A DNA stretch of 64,000 bases from an uncultured Myxococcales bacterium (lineage in GTDB: Bacteria > Myxococcota_A > UBA9042 > CAIXZC01), in the NCBI GenBank assembly GCA_964593355.1, contig CAZQHM010000002.1, forward strand, positions 99,747-163,746. The letters are read 5' to 3'. A program made the position numbers and the translations under genes. This document shows, piece by piece, positions 28,793 to 39,784 of the stretch. The notes beneath the pieces were generated by a model that saw only the letters and a program-made list of their open reading frames with translations, did no database searches and was not told the origin of the DNA. Every line of letters starts with the position of its first letter. Position 1 is the first letter of the stretch.

Positions 28793-30238
28793 TTACTGAT
28801 CAGCCCTCGCTCCCGATGTCACCACCGACTCTATTCCCCCCTTTGATACGTGGCGGAAGAAGGCCTCCAGGCCAAAACGGGCCAAGGTACCAGACTTGAG
28901 CTTCCAGGCCGGAGGGTTGACCGTCATGGCAGCGATGGCGATTTCTGGTTCGTCTGCGGGGGCATACCCGATGAACCAGGAGTAGTGCGGCGGCTGGGCC
29001 GAGCCGTCCTTCAGGGTCAAGGAGCCAGTCTTCCCGGCCACCTTAATCCCCCACAACGGACTCTCTTGCTTTGCGGTGAAAAACTTGGCGGCCGTCCCGA
29101 AGCTGGTAGTCGCCTCCATCATATGGCCCAGAACCTCTGCTATCTCTGGCTTGAACGCCTCCCCAAGGACCGCCGCAGGTATGGTCACCATCTGTCCATC
29201 CTTGCCCGGAATCTCCTCGGCTATTCTGGGTGACATCATGACGCCTTTGTTGGCTATGGCCGCCGCTATGAGGGCGCCATGCAGCGGCGAAAGAGTGGCG
29301 TTGCGGAATCCGGCGGCCATTGAAGCCCGCTCGTTGCTCTCCTGGGGTACCGATGCCTTGCTCACCTCCACTGGCCAGATGAAGGGGATGTGCTTGTTAA
29401 ACATGAAGCGCTCCGCCGTCTCCCCAAGGTCACGCTGCGACAAATGCTTGTCAGCAAGACGGGCCAGAATGGGATTGTTGGAGTGGCCCATGGCCTCTAC
29501 CAGAGTCTCGCAGTGCCTGTCCCTATCTGGGTTGGGAGTCAAGAAGAGGGCCTCGCTGTTCTTCTTCGGCTTGGGTGTGCACACCGTCGTATCCCCGGAA
29601 ACCTTGCCCTTCTCCAGCAAAGCAGCAGCAGTAATGACCTTGAAGATGGATGCAGCAGGACCCTTGGCCTCCAATGCCGCAACGGGCTGAAGCTTGCCGT
29701 CTCGATACCCCACCATGGCCAAAACCCGACCCGTCTTCGGATCGATAGCCACGAAGGCCGCTTCCATCGGGTCAACTTCCGCCAGAAACTTCTCTACACG
29801 CTCCTGGAAGACAAGATTGAGAGTCAAGTTCATCGGAGCACTCCTGATGGGGTCGCTGCCCTCGGCAGAACCGGCCTGGGATGCATCAGCCGATGATGGA
29901 TTCGAATCGCCACCCTTCTTGGTGCTGACGACGGCAACTTCAAGAAGCTCGGCGTGCTCTGCCGGATCGAAGGTCTCAGGAAGCGCCGGTGGAGTGGTCA
30001 AAGGCCTGCTCATCTCTCTGAGACGCTTCCGCTCCTCCATGCCATCCTTGGCACCTAGCGGCAATGGCGACTCCTTCTCGCTCGCATCTCCATCAAAGGC
30101 CGTTAGCCCCGCTGCCAGAACAACCCCGGCAATGAAGGCGATGAGCATCGTGTAGCGAACGCCTCGGATCTCTGGGAACTTGGATGAACCACGAAGTAAT
30201 GCCATCTCCACACCTCTTGCGGGCAGGAATGCTACCAT
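28793..30238 (-). CDS. Penicillin-binding protein, transpeptidase-domain membrane protein
   Basis: N-terminal TM helix. SxxK (ASIFK), SxN (HSNN) and KTG (AGKTGS) motifs. Confidence 0.65.
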   Translation of the reverse strand: MVAFLPARGVEMALLRGSSKFPEIRGVRYTMLIAFIAGVVLAAGLTAFDGDASEKESPLPLGAKDGMEERKRLREMSRPLTTPPALPETFDPAEHAELLEVAVVSTKKGGDSNPSSADASQAGSAEGSDPIRSAPMNLTLNLVFQERVEKFLAEVDPMEAAFVAIDPKTGRVLAMVGYRDGKLQPVAALEAKGPAASIFKVITAAALLEKGKVSGDTTVCTPKPKKNSEALFLTPNPDRDRHCETLVEAMGHSNNPILARLADKHLSQRDLGETAERFMFNKHIPFIWPVEVSKASVPQESNERASMAAGFRNATLSPLHGALIAAAIANKGVMMSPRIAEEIPGKDGQMVTIPAAVLGEAFKPEIAEVLGHMMEATTSFGTAAKFFTAKQESPLWGIKVAGKTGSLTLKDGSAQPPHYSWFIGYAPADEPEIAIAAMTVNPPAWKLKSGTLARFGLEAFFRHVSKGGIESVVTSGARADQ

Positions 30239-30319
30239 GAGCGTTCCCTCACGCAAAAAAGCGACCCCCGAGGGACAGCACAGCGAATCCCAGCAAGAGG
30301 CTCAACGCCCTCCAGCATC

Positions 30320-32260
30320 CTACACGTTGATAGTCTCTATCGTGACGCCGGAATCGGATTCGAGACCGAAGTAGTCCGTGACCGGCTTGCTGAGCCGGTT
30401 GATCTTGGAGAACAGGGAGAGCCTTTTCCTTGCCAGCCATGAGTCGGCTTTCGTTACAAATCGCTCTGAACCTATGAGTATTAGCCATTTGGTTGTGGCC
30501 TGTGGTATCTTAATCTGCCTTGCGTTTTTTAGCTCCTTGAGAATGCTTCTAACGCTTGGTCTTTCCATATATCCAAATTTAACCACAACCGATACTATCG
30601 TGCCTATATCATCCTGCAAAAACGGCACTATATGATATCTTTCGTCGACTGGGACTTCTGGTTTATTAACCTGATTGATTGATAAAAACACTATGTGCTT
30701 AGGCAATGTTCTCCAGTTTCTAAAATGAATCGCCATCACCGGCGGGATAGTATCCTCCGGCTTCAACACCGGACGAGAGGCCATGACCACCAGAGACACC
30801 GATGTTCCAGGCTCGTAGAAGCGTCGGTGCTGGCGCATCAACTCCGCCAGGCTCATCGGCTCCACAACCCTGCCACTCTCGTAGGCCTTCTTCACCCACT
30901 GCCTGCCCCAACGCCAGATGTCCATTACACCGAAGAGAAGACCCGCTATCAACAAAGGCACCCAAGCTCCGTTCTTAAGCTTGGCCACGTTGGAACTCAA
31001 AAAGGTAAGGTCAACCAACAGCAGCAACGCAACCATGGCCAACACAAGCCATCGATTCCATTTCCACACCGAGTATGCCACGTACCCTATGGCAATGGTC
31101 GTTATGGTCATGGCGCCCGTCACCGCAAGGCCATACGCCGCCGCCAATGACCCCGAGTCTCTGAACCCAAGCACAAGGCTTGCGGCCCCCACAAAAAGGA
31201 TCTGGTTCATCAGCGGGATGAAGATCTGGCCCTGAACGTCGGGGTTGGTGTGAATTACCCTGAGCCTCGGCGATAGACCCAGAGCCATTGCCTGCTGCGT
31301 CAGTGAGAAGACCCCCGAGATGAGGGCCTGGCTGGCGATAATCGTTGCGAAGGTAGCCAGAATGAGCAGGGGGATTCTTCCCCAGCCCGGCGCCATGGAA
31401 TAGAAAACATTGTTCAGCACAATCTCCTCGTGGCCCAGCATCATCGCCCCCTGGCCGATGTAGTTGAGCGACAGACAAGGAAGCACCAGGAAGAGCCACG
31501 AGCGGCGCACTGCATCTATCCCAAAATGGCCCAGATCGGCATAAAGGGCCTCCACCCCGGTGAAGGCCAGCATGATGGCCCCCAGGATGAAGATGGCCAA
31601 GCCTGAGTTGTCCCTGAGAAGAGCGAAACCATAGTACGGATTAACAGCAGCAAATATCTCTGGATGTTGAATGATTCTATATATACCAAGAACACCGAGC
31701 ACAGTAAACCACACCAGCATTACTGGACCAAAAACCGCACCGATGCGGTGTGTGCCCCTGCGCTGAACAGAGAACAGGCCCAAAAGGATAAGCAGCGTCA
31801 GGGGTATGACCAACGGCTCCGTGGCCGGTGCAATCACCGGCAGTCCCTCGACCGCCGACAGCACCGATATCGCCGGAGTTATCATGCCCTCCGCTGCCAG
31901 CAACGCCGCCCCCATCGCGATTAGAAGTGTGACGGCTCTCAGAATGCGAGGGCGCTTGTTATGGGGAACGTCGCAGTGATGGGTGTTGAGCAGGGCCAGC
32001 AAGGCAAAGATGCCCCCCTCGCCGTGGTTGTCTGCCCGGAGCACCAGCACCACATACTTCAGAGTGACCACCAAGATCAGTGACCATAGCACCAGGGACG
32101 CTACCCCAAGGGCATTGGCCGCCGATGAATCTAGTGGGTGAGAGCCGAAAAAAGTCTCTGAGACGGTGTAAAGTGGAGAGGTTCCGATATCGCCGAAAAC
32201 TACCCCCAGGGCACCAACCAGAAGCCCCGCTTTCACCTTGTGCCTGACTGAAGGCTCCAT
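30320..32260 (-). CDS. kup: KUP/HAK/KT potassium uptake transporter
   Basis: GALGVVFGDIGTSPLYT signature, 12 TM helices and a cytoplasmic C-domain. Confidence 0.9.
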   Translation of the reverse strand: MEPSVRHKVKAGLLVGALGVVFGDIGTSPLYTVSETFFGSHPLDSSAANALGVASLVLWSLILVVTLKYVVLVLRADNHGEGGIFALLALLNTHHCDVPHNKRPRILRAVTLLIAMGAALLAAEGMITPAISVLSAVEGLPVIAPATEPLVIPLTLLILLGLFSVQRRGTHRIGAVFGPVMLVWFTVLGVLGIYRIIQHPEIFAAVNPYYGFALLRDNSGLAIFILGAIMLAFTGVEALYADLGHFGIDAVRRSWLFLVLPCLSLNYIGQGAMMLGHEEIVLNNVFYSMAPGWGRIPLLILATFATIIASQALISGVFSLTQQAMALGLSPRLRVIHTNPDVQGQIFIPLMNQILFVGAASLVLGFRDSGSLAAAYGLAVTGAMTITTIAIGYVAYSVWKWNRWLVLAMVALLLLVDLTFLSSNVAKLKNGAWVPLLIAGLLFGVMDIWRWGRQWVKKAYESGRVVEPMSLAELMRQHRRFYEPGTSVSLVVMASRPVLKPEDTIPPVMAIHFRNWRTLPKHIVFLSINQVNKPEVPVDERYHIVPFLQDDIGTIVSVVVKFGYMERPSVRSILKELKNARQIKIPQATTKWLILIGSERFVTKADSWLARKRLSLFSKINRLSKPVTDYFGLESDSGVTIETINV

Positions 32261-32467
32261 GTCTCCTTCCTCTGCCGAACGCCGTGGGGCCGTAGCTTCC
32301 CCCTACCGGCATCCTGCTCAGGCCGCGCTACATACTATCCCTGACTCAGAAACGCAACGCATCTGTGGAGCGCTGGCGGGTAGCGGGCCCGAACGCTCAT
32401 GTTTACTTCCTTGAACAACCGGCTGTCAGGGCGTATACTCCGCGCTGGAGTACTGTGGAGGTGTGCC

Positions 32468-34336
32468 ATGAAGAGCCGTCTGGCTGTGAGTCTGTGGGGT
32501 CGGTTGGGAGGGGCTTCTCTGGTCGTTGCGGCCTTGCTTGTGGCTTCGTGCGGAGCCCAGACGGTGGTCACCTACGAGGAGGACCTTGAAGAGTGGGGCC
32601 CGGAACTCTCATGGAACGACGAAGACTCCGTCTCCCAAACCGACAGCGGTGGGGGCGGAGGCGTCAAAGACTACTCCAATATGGAGATCCAAGGAGGAGT
32701 CCGATACCAGATTATCCCCCTCCACGAGCCAACCCTCTCCATCACCGTGGAGGACCACCTCTCCGTCCGGGTCAAAGTGGTGGACTACCAGACTGCCCAA
32801 CCAGCTAAACACTATGATGTTAAATACAAGGTAATTGAAAGCAATCCGGAATGCTCTCAGGGTGCCGATTGTGGGCATTTCCTCGTTAGTGAAGGCACCA
32901 CTGATACTAATGGCAACGCCTCTGTCACCTTCGACGCCGCTACTACCGGTAACGTTCAGTACATAGTCGAGATGTCAGGACCTCAGGCCTACCCCGAGGC
33001 CCTCAAAATCAACGTCCTGGCCATGCCCACAGGCACGCTCAAGGTCAAATTCAACTACTCCAGCGACGTGCCCCTTCACGACCTCAATGTCCGGCTCAGC
33101 AAAGGCTTCAAATCCTGCACCCAATTCTCCCCCGTTGCCCCATGGAACACCGACATCGTTGGCCAGAAGACCGTTAGCAGCATTCAAGCCACCCCACAGT
33201 TCGAAGAGCTCTCTCTTCTGCCTACCTACCAAGTCTTCGCTACCGCCATGGGCCCCAATGGACACCTCGCCGCCGCCGGATGCATCGATGCTGTTCATGT
33301 GCTGCCCACTGAGCAGGGCGTCACCGAAGTCACCCTGAACCTCTACCTCCTGCCCCTCAATCCCGCCGGCACCTTTGATACCATCAACAATTTCGATTTT
33401 AAGGATGCTATCCCGGATGGGCAGGTTGGTGATATTATCAATCTGGTTATCGATATTTTCTACGACCCAGGCAAGGTCATTATTGATATGATCAAAGTGC
33501 TCGTGTCTCAGTACATCGGCTCCTGGGTCACCGATCTCGCCTTCGGCCTCTTCGAAGACGCCCTTGCCAACCTCGTCACCGACTGGCTGCTCAATAACTC
33601 CCCCCCATTCATCCAGGACCTCTTCGTTATCGGCCAAGACCTCGTCCAAATTGTCACGAACCTCGAGGTCATATCCAAGCTGAAGATCGCCAAGCTCGGG
33701 TCCGACTACTCCGTGGCAGGACAACAGACCTGGATCGGACTGAACCTCTACTGGAAACTCGGCTGCGACAAAGACGACCCCAATTATGATGACTGTGGTA
33801 AACACACCTTTAGTATGGAAGATCTAAACGCCACAGATTTCCCCATGGATCTCATCGCTGGTCAATATACGGCCATGATTAGCTATGACAAAATGGTCAT
33901 CGTTACCCATCCAATCGAAATCAATTATGGCAAACTCATCCTGTTCGTGATCAATAACATGCTGCTTCCGGCTATTTCCAGCTTCAACAGCTTGACTGAT
34001 TTGCTCTACTCCATCATCGACTGCGCCGCTATCGCCAACGGCTTCGTCGGCAGCATCTTGTCAAACATCGGCGTCAACCAGGCTACCCTCGAAGGCTTCT
34101 GCAATACCGCGGAAACCTTCATCCTTGGCCCTATCGAGGGCCTCATCGGTAACCTGGCCCTCGATTCAAGATTGCGGATCCATGGCCAATGCCGTATGGT
34201 TGATGAGAACGATGACCTTATCGTTGATAAGCTTGTTGAAGGTCAGTGGTGGGGACACATAGAAGTTAATAATCAGCAGGGCAATGAATTCCAGGGAACG
34301 TTCGAAGGTGAGCGCTTCATTTTCCAGGGCCAGTAA
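32468..34336 (+). CDS. Hypothetical lipoprotein (~620 aa)
   Basis: MKSRLAVSLWGRLGGASLVVAALLVASCGA. GGAGGTG RBS. No known domain recognised. Confidence 0.5.
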   Translation: MKSRLAVSLWGRLGGASLVVAALLVASCGAQTVVTYEEDLEEWGPELSWNDEDSVSQTDSGGGGGVKDYSNMEIQGGVRYQIIPLHEPTLSITVEDHLSVRVKVVDYQTAQPAKHYDVKYKVIESNPECSQGADCGHFLVSEGTTDTNGNASVTFDAATTGNVQYIVEMSGPQAYPEALKINVLAMPTGTLKVKFNYSSDVPLHDLNVRLSKGFKSCTQFSPVAPWNTDIVGQKTVSSIQATPQFEELSLLPTYQVFATAMGPNGHLAAAGCIDAVHVLPTEQGVTEVTLNLYLLPLNPAGTFDTINNFDFKDAIPDGQVGDIINLVIDIFYDPGKVIIDMIKVLVSQYIGSWVTDLAFGLFEDALANLVTDWLLNNSPPFIQDLFVIGQDLVQIVTNLEVISKLKIAKLGSDYSVAGQQTWIGLNLYWKLGCDKDDPNYDDCGKHTFSMEDLNATDFPMDLIAGQYTAMISYDKMVIVTHPIEINYGKLILFVINNMLLPAISSFNSLTDLLYSIIDCAAIANGFVGSILSNIGVNQATLEGFCNTAETFILGPIEGLIGNLALDSRLRIHGQCRMVDENDDLIVDKLVEGQWWGHIEVNNQQGNEFQGTFEGERFIFQGQ

Positions 34337-34365
34337 CTGATTATTACAATTATTCGGGGGTTCGT

Positions 34366-34887
34366 TTGAGTACACAGGGGAAAGCCTCACTGGGTGGTCT
34401 TTTGTTGGTCGCTGCACTCTCCGTCGGCTGTGCCGACCCCCTCGCCGTTGAACCGCTCCTGGGTGAGGGTAACGAATTCGTCAAACTCATCATGGAGGAG
34501 AACGGACAATCCAAGGAGATTGCCTCTGCCTCCGCTCTGCTCAAAGAGTTCCTTGACAAGGTCTCAGGACCAGAGTGTCACTCCGCATGGCCCCTCCTCT
34601 CCGAACAATACCGGCAGAGGGTGGTGGAACTCGCTGGCGACGAACAGCAGGCTCTCAAAGAAACCTGCGCCGGCAGAGTCCTCACTAATAATGGTCTCGT
34701 AGAACACAAGTGGCGCGACCTCTTCATGGGCCCATACCCCGCTTACCTCACCACCGCCCCGGGCGAGATTCCCCTCAGGATGCCCCAGGGACGCTCTCTC
34801 TTCTTCGTTGTACAGCAAGATGGTGGCTATCGAGCCTTTGTTCTCGTTTCAGAGGGCGGAACCACCCGTATTGAACCTTTCTTCTGA
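34366..34887 (+). CDS. Hypothetical lipoprotein (173 aa)
   Basis: MSTQGKASLGGLLLVAALSVGCADP lipobox. Confidence 0.45.
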   Translation: MSTQGKASLGGLLLVAALSVGCADPLAVEPLLGEGNEFVKLIMEENGQSKEIASASALLKEFLDKVSGPECHSAWPLLSEQYRQRVVELAGDEQQALKETCAGRVLTNNGLVEHKWRDLFMGPYPAYLTTAPGEIPLRMPQGRSLFFVVQQDGGYRAFVLVSEGGTTRIEPFF

Positions 34888-34955
34888 TGCCTGCGTTCAT
34901 TCACGCGGCACAGATGATACATACATTAGTCTTGTGGAATGGGAGGATAAAGTAG

Positions 34956-35711
34956 ATGATCATTGCGCAGGTACAACCCAGTCGTACTTTTATTGGTTGC
35001 TTAGATCTTGGTAGTGAGCTTGTCAGGAGCTTAAAGGCTGTATTGGACGACCGTGGAGTTGAAACTGCATTCATAACAGGATACGGTTATCTTGAAGATC
35101 CAAATTTGTTCCTGTACTCAAGGGCCGATAAGGACTACTCCCTGGCCAAAAAGCACGAGGGCATGTGGGTCGTCGCCGCCCTCCAAGGCTCCATCTCCAA
35201 AGGCGAAAACGACAAGCCCCAACTGACACTCTTCATGCAGGGCACCAGAACCGAGGCCGGTCGCACTACCACCGTCGCCGGACAGGTGGCATCGGCTACC
35301 GTCAGGCAATTCGAATTCCTCGTCACTACCGTGGACAACGTCTCCCTGCGCAGGGCCAAAGAGCGCACCGGCAACGTGCTGCAATGGCTGATGATGTACC
35401 CCGCCGGCGCTAACGCCGATATCGCCATCCCCGTCCGCGATGAGACAACACAACAGTTCGACTCCAGCTTCGAAGAGGATGAACGCTCAGGCAGCGATGA
35501 AGATGTCGTGCTGCATCCTGGCGACTGGCTCAACCATCCACGCCTCGGTATGTGCTGCGTCGTCCTCTCAGACGGCGAGGAGAGGGTCAAGTGTCGCCTC
35601 GCCAGTGGAAGAGTCGCCGAGTTGATGCTCTCCCTCTTCAAGCTTCGTGGAGCCGGAGTCAAAGATGGTGGCAGAGTTTATGATGTTGAAGTACGGAAGA
35701 AGACAACCTAA
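34956..35711 (+). CDS. Hypothetical protein with N-terminal PPC/DUF296-like domain
   Basis: PSRTFIGCLDLGSELVRSLKAVLDDRGVETAFITGYGYLED...LTLFMQGTR resembles the PPC (DUF296) fold. Confidence 0.4.
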   Translation: MIIAQVQPSRTFIGCLDLGSELVRSLKAVLDDRGVETAFITGYGYLEDPNLFLYSRADKDYSLAKKHEGMWVVAALQGSISKGENDKPQLTLFMQGTRTEAGRTTTVAGQVASATVRQFEFLVTTVDNVSLRRAKERTGNVLQWLMMYPAGANADIAIPVRDETTQQFDSSFEEDERSGSDEDVVLHPGDWLNHPRLGMCCVVLSDGEERVKCRLASGRVAELMLSLFKLRGAGVKDGGRVYDVEVRKKTT

Positions 35712-35788
35712 TTATACTATCGCTGGTTATATCACACAAAATCGCTTATATATGCTGTAGAACTGCGAGTCCCTGTGCCGTTGAATCG

Positions 35789-36523
35789 TCACGCCCCCGT
35801 GTTCGCTGCGGCGATGTCCGCCACCACTATCACGTCCTTGTGCAGCGCCAGAGCCGAGGCCGGCAGAAGCGGGTCAAAGGAGTCTGCATTGCGAACCAGC
35901 GCCAAAACATCGGCCTTGCTCTCTCCCGTAACCAGCACAAGAATCCGGTCCGCCTCCAGAATCGTCGCTATTCCCATCGTTATAGCATTGCACGGCGTCA
36001 TATCGTAATCGTCGCCGAACAAATACGCATTGGCCCTTCTTGACCTCTCCGTAAGCTGCCTTGGCCCCGTTCTACTCTGCAAAGAGGTGCCCGGCTCGTT
36101 GAAGGCTATGTGCCCGTTGTTGCCAAGACCAAGAACTGCCAGCTTCAACCCCCCTAGCCCCACGATGCTGGCTTCGTAGCTGGACCCCTCGGCCAACGGG
36201 TCGCTCGTGCGGGCGTTCAACGTGTGCAGCTTGCCCAGCGGCAACCCCGCCGGTTCAACGAATCGGCTCTTCAAAAAGTGGCCGAAGGTCGCCTCTTCTG
36301 GTATCTCCGGGCACAAAAAGTCGTCCAGCGCAAACCAGTGGATCTCCTCAAATTGAGCCCGGCTCGCTTCCGCTCTTGATATCAGCTCCTTGTACATTAG
36401 TAAGGGTGTCTTTCCAGTGGGCAGAGCAATGGCACAACCTGGGTGACAACGAATCGTATCCTCTATAATATTCGCAGAATACTTCGCTACATCTTCAGCC
36501 GAGGCTAGAACTTCAACTATCAT
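35789..36523 (-). CDS. nagB: Glucosamine-6-phosphate deaminase
   Basis: LGLGNNGHIAFNEPGTS signature and IALPTGKTP N-terminal motif. Confidence 0.85.
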   Translation of the reverse strand: MIVEVLASAEDVAKYSANIIEDTIRCHPGCAIALPTGKTPLLMYKELISRAEASRAQFEEIHWFALDDFLCPEIPEEATFGHFLKSRFVEPAGLPLGKLHTLNARTSDPLAEGSSYEASIVGLGGLKLAVLGLGNNGHIAFNEPGTSLQSRTGPRQLTERSRRANAYLFGDDYDMTPCNAITMGIATILEADRILVLVTGESKADVLALVRNADSFDPLLPASALALHKDVIVVADIAAANTGA

Positions 36524-36620
36524 ATCGGGCTCCCTTCACAGGTCGGCGCAGGCCTTCTTTGGCCGGGCCATGGAATAGCGCAGGATTGGCAAAGTGGCAA
36601 TGGTCAATTCGAGAGAAAAA

Positions 36621-39600
36621 TCACTGCACGCAGAATCCGTTCCATGCCTCCACCGTGTCCTCCTTCACCGGCAACGCCTTGGAGAAGGTGTAGCGATTGG
36701 AAGCATCCAGACAGCCCGCCCATTTCTCCACCGACTCCCAATCCCCCAACGTGTACTTGTATTCGAACCAGACTCCACGAGGCACGGTCACCGTCCCCTG
36801 AGCCGTTTGGCCGTCTACCCATGGCAACTCCACCTGAGCCCAGTTGTTCAGGCTTGTGGCCACATGGACCTTGCGATCCTGAGGAGTACCGGGCGGGGTG
36901 GTAACCCGGAAAGTGACCTGCACCGCTGGCTCTGGACTCTGAAGCACGGGATCATAGGTTGCCACCACGTGGAAGTCGGCGTCCTTACCAATAGAGACCC
37001 ACAAGCTTCGGTCGTTGCCATCGAAGAACCAGCCGTTCCCGCCAGCCAGGGCTCCATAACTGCCCTGCGAAGCCAGCGCCACGCCGTCGAGAGTAACCGC
37101 GGAAGGTGCCTTGTCCACGGCCCTGAAGCGCAGCAGCACCCTCCTGGGCGCCGGCACAAAGCTGCCGCTCCTTGGCCCCGCACTGAACTCGGCCCCTTGA
37201 GCTGTGCCAACCAGTGAATAGGTCACTCTGGATGGTGCCATGGAGGCCAGCGGAGTCTCTCCGTCATCCTCAACCATCTCGAAGGTGCTCTGCTGGGCCG
37301 AAGGGAAAAGCTCCAAGGTCAGCGGATCTACCGGTGCAGCGTCGCTGTACTCCATCCACGGTCCCTTGGGCACAATAGCCCCCTCTCTCAGATAGAACGG
37401 CATGGCCTGCAAGGTCAGTGCTACTTGAAGCGTAGCCGGCCCCTGGTGCACAGCCCCCGAGTAGTACTCAAGCCACTTGCCCTCTGGCAGAGTGACGCTC
37501 CTCTGCGTCTGCCCCTGCTCCAGCGCAGGCGCCGTGAGCAGCCAAGGCCCAATCATGGCCTGGTCGTCCAGCTCCTCAAGCTGACTCTGACCCTGGAACT
37601 CGAAGATCATGGGCCTGATCATAGGGTCTCCGGTCTCCGAGGCATGGTGCATAAGCGTGTACCAATAAGGCAGCAGAGTGTAGCGCTCGCCAATATGGAT
37701 TCGGCTGATCTCCTCAACCTCGGCACCAAATTGCCACGGCTCCTGGTGCTGGGCAGAACTCTGAACGTGGGCCCTGAAGAAGGGAGAGATGGCCCCCACA
37801 GCCACCCAGCGGGCGAAGAGCTCCGGCGTCGCCCCACCTTCCCAACCTCCTACATCGCTGCCTACCATGGGCACACCACTCAACCCCATGTTCATCATCA
37901 TTGGAAGCTGCATTCGCAGCGCCGGCCAGTTCGAGGCAGCATCACCCGTCCATACCGCTGCATACCTCTGAATCCCGGCGAAACCGGCCCTGGTAAGGAT
38001 GAATGGCCGACGGTTGGGCACCAGCTTCTTGAGCGCCTCGTGAGTCGCTCTGCACTCCAGCAGAGCATACACATTGTGGATGTCCGCCATGGTGGTCTGG
38101 AAACCGTCGCCGTGGCACTTCAGACTGTTGGGCACCGTCCAGCCGAACTCCTCCTTAAAATTGGCCGGCTCGTTCATGTCCAGCCACACACCCCTGACAC
38201 CAAAGGCCGTAAGCGCCGGAAAGAGCGAGCCCCACCAGTCCCTCGCACCAGGATTCGTGAAATCCGGGAAGACCGACGGCCCGGGCCAAACCTCTCCAAC
38301 ATACACCTGCCCAGCCTCATCCTTGAGGAAATAGCCCTTCTCAACACCGTCATCATAAACCTGCCACCCTGGATCGTGCTTCAGCCCAGGGTCTATAATC
38401 GCCGTTACCTTGAAACCATCCTCCTCTAAATCCTGCACCAGCCCTTGAGGATCGGAAAAACCCACCGGGTCCCAAGTGAACGAGCGGTAACCATCCATGT
38501 AATCGATATCCAGCCACATACCGTCGGCCGGTATCTTCCTGCTCCTCAACTCGTTGGCTATCTCCTTGACCTGCGTGTCCGGATAGTAGCTCCAGCGACA
38601 CTGATGGTAACCCAACGTCCAGCGGGGCATCAGATCCGGCTTCCCCGTCAGCTTGATGTACGAGCGGACCACCTTCCTCAACTGCGGCCCGGCAATGAAG
38701 TAGAGATCCGGTGCCCGCATCTCCGTCATCATCTCCCATTGGTTGGTCAGCCCCTGGGATGCCATGTTCAGCGTCATGTAAGGAGAGTGATCAACAAAGA
38801 GGCCATAGGCCTTGCTGTCACGATAGCCGATGAAGAAGGGGATGGACTGGTAGAGAGGATCGTGCTCCGGGCCATATCCGGGCCGGTCGCTGTTCCAAAA
38901 GGCCATCTTGCGCCCACGCTTGTTCAGCGGCCCCGTCTTCTCCCCAAAACCGTAGTAGCGCTCTTGGGCCGGCGCCTTCGCCCTCATGGTGTACCGGCTC
39001 ACCATCTTGCCGTCAGCGCCCGAGGCAGCGGCACTCTCCTCTGGCGCTCCCAGAGTAGTCAAGTAGCTGTGCCCCTCTGGAGTGGTGACGCTCAGTGAGC
39101 AATCCTCCTGCTTCAAATCCAGAACCACCTCGGGTGTGCATATCCGGAACAGCCCATCATTTCCTTCAACCGGCTGAAAAAACACCGTCCTCTCCGATGC
39201 CGCCTTGCCCACAACAGCGTAGGAGAATTCCTTCACAGGTTCGCCAGTGAGAAACCTCAGCCTCACTACTCCATCCTCAAGCACCGTAATCGCCATGGTT
39301 ACGTCGGCACACTCTGCCTCCAGACGAGTGCCTCCAGCATCGTCTCCCTTCCACTTGACCCACGTCGCCAGATCCTGCCCTTCGTAACAGCCCACTGGCT
39401 CCACAACATCCACCTGGTCTACTGAATCCACCACATCTCCGGGAAGCTGATCCTCTGCGGCGTCAACCATCTCCACCGTGTCACCGGAACTCATGTCTGG
39501 GATATCCGATGTGTCCATAGGATAGACCGTATCCGCGTCTGCTCCGTCCCCCACGTCATCGTCCCCCACCCCATCCACCGCTCCATCGCCCTGCCTCTGG

Positions 39601-39782
39601 TCCAGCGCAGATAGATCGGCTACAGAGTTCGTGTCTCCCTTGTCCGACGAATCCCCGGAGCAGCCCAAACCCATCGCAGCAAAAGTCAGAGCCAAGAAAA
39701 GCAACAGGCTCTCGCTTTTATTAATGCCTATGCGTCTGTTCATTCTAATCGCTCTAAGATTATCAGCCGTTCTCTCTGTCAT
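36621..39782 (-). CDS. Glycoside hydrolase family 31 alpha-glucosidase with C-terminal CBM20-like starch-binding module; lipoprotein
   Basis: GH31 catalytic nucleophile motif GVWLDMNEPANF. C-terminal VHVATSLNNWAQV...GVWFEYKYTLGDWESVEKW CBM20-like module. Signal with lipobox MGLGCSG. AAGGAG RBS. Start overlaps the upstream gene's stop (TGAATATG). Confidence 0.85.
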   Translation of the reverse strand: MTERTADNLRAIRMNRRIGINKSESLLLFLALTFAAMGLGCSGDSSDKGDTNSVADLSALDQRQGDGAVDGVGDDDVGDGADADTVYPMDTSDIPDMSSGDTVEMVDAAEDQLPGDVVDSVDQVDVVEPVGCYEGQDLATWVKWKGDDAGGTRLEAECADVTMAITVLEDGVVRLRFLTGEPVKEFSYAVVGKAASERTVFFQPVEGNDGLFRICTPEVVLDLKQEDCSLSVTTPEGHSYLTTLGAPEESAAASGADGKMVSRYTMRAKAPAQERYYGFGEKTGPLNKRGRKMAFWNSDRPGYGPEHDPLYQSIPFFIGYRDSKAYGLFVDHSPYMTLNMASQGLTNQWEMMTEMRAPDLYFIAGPQLRKVVRSYIKLTGKPDLMPRWTLGYHQCRWSYYPDTQVKEIANELRSRKIPADGMWLDIDYMDGYRSFTWDPVGFSDPQGLVQDLEEDGFKVTAIIDPGLKHDPGWQVYDDGVEKGYFLKDEAGQVYVGEVWPGPSVFPDFTNPGARDWWGSLFPALTAFGVRGVWLDMNEPANFKEEFGWTVPNSLKCHGDGFQTTMADIHNVYALLECRATHEALKKLVPNRRPFILTRAGFAGIQRYAAVWTGDAASNWPALRMQLPMMMNMGLSGVPMVGSDVGGWEGGATPELFARWVAVGAISPFFRAHVQSSAQHQEPWQFGAEVEEISRIHIGERYTLLPYWYTLMHHASETGDPMIRPMIFEFQGQSQLEELDDQAMIGPWLLTAPALEQGQTQRSVTLPEGKWLEYYSGAVHQGPATLQVALTLQAMPFYLREGAIVPKGPWMEYSDAAPVDPLTLELFPSAQQSTFEMVEDDGETPLASMAPSRVTYSLVGTAQGAEFSAGPRSGSFVPAPRRVLLRFRAVDKAPSAVTLDGVALASQGSYGALAGGNGWFFDGNDRSLWVSIGKDADFHVVATYDPVLQSPEPAVQVTFRVTTPPGTPQDRKVHVATSLNNWAQVELPWVDGQTAQGTVTVPRGVWFEYKYTLGDWESVEKWAGCLDASNRYTFSKALPVKEDTVEAWNGFCVQ

Positions 39783-39784
39783 AT

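Noticed and set aside
30470-30720. AT-rich patch that looked like a possible inserted island
   Set aside because: It encodes the conserved C-terminal cytoplasmic domain of Kup in frame. It is compositional fluctuation only.
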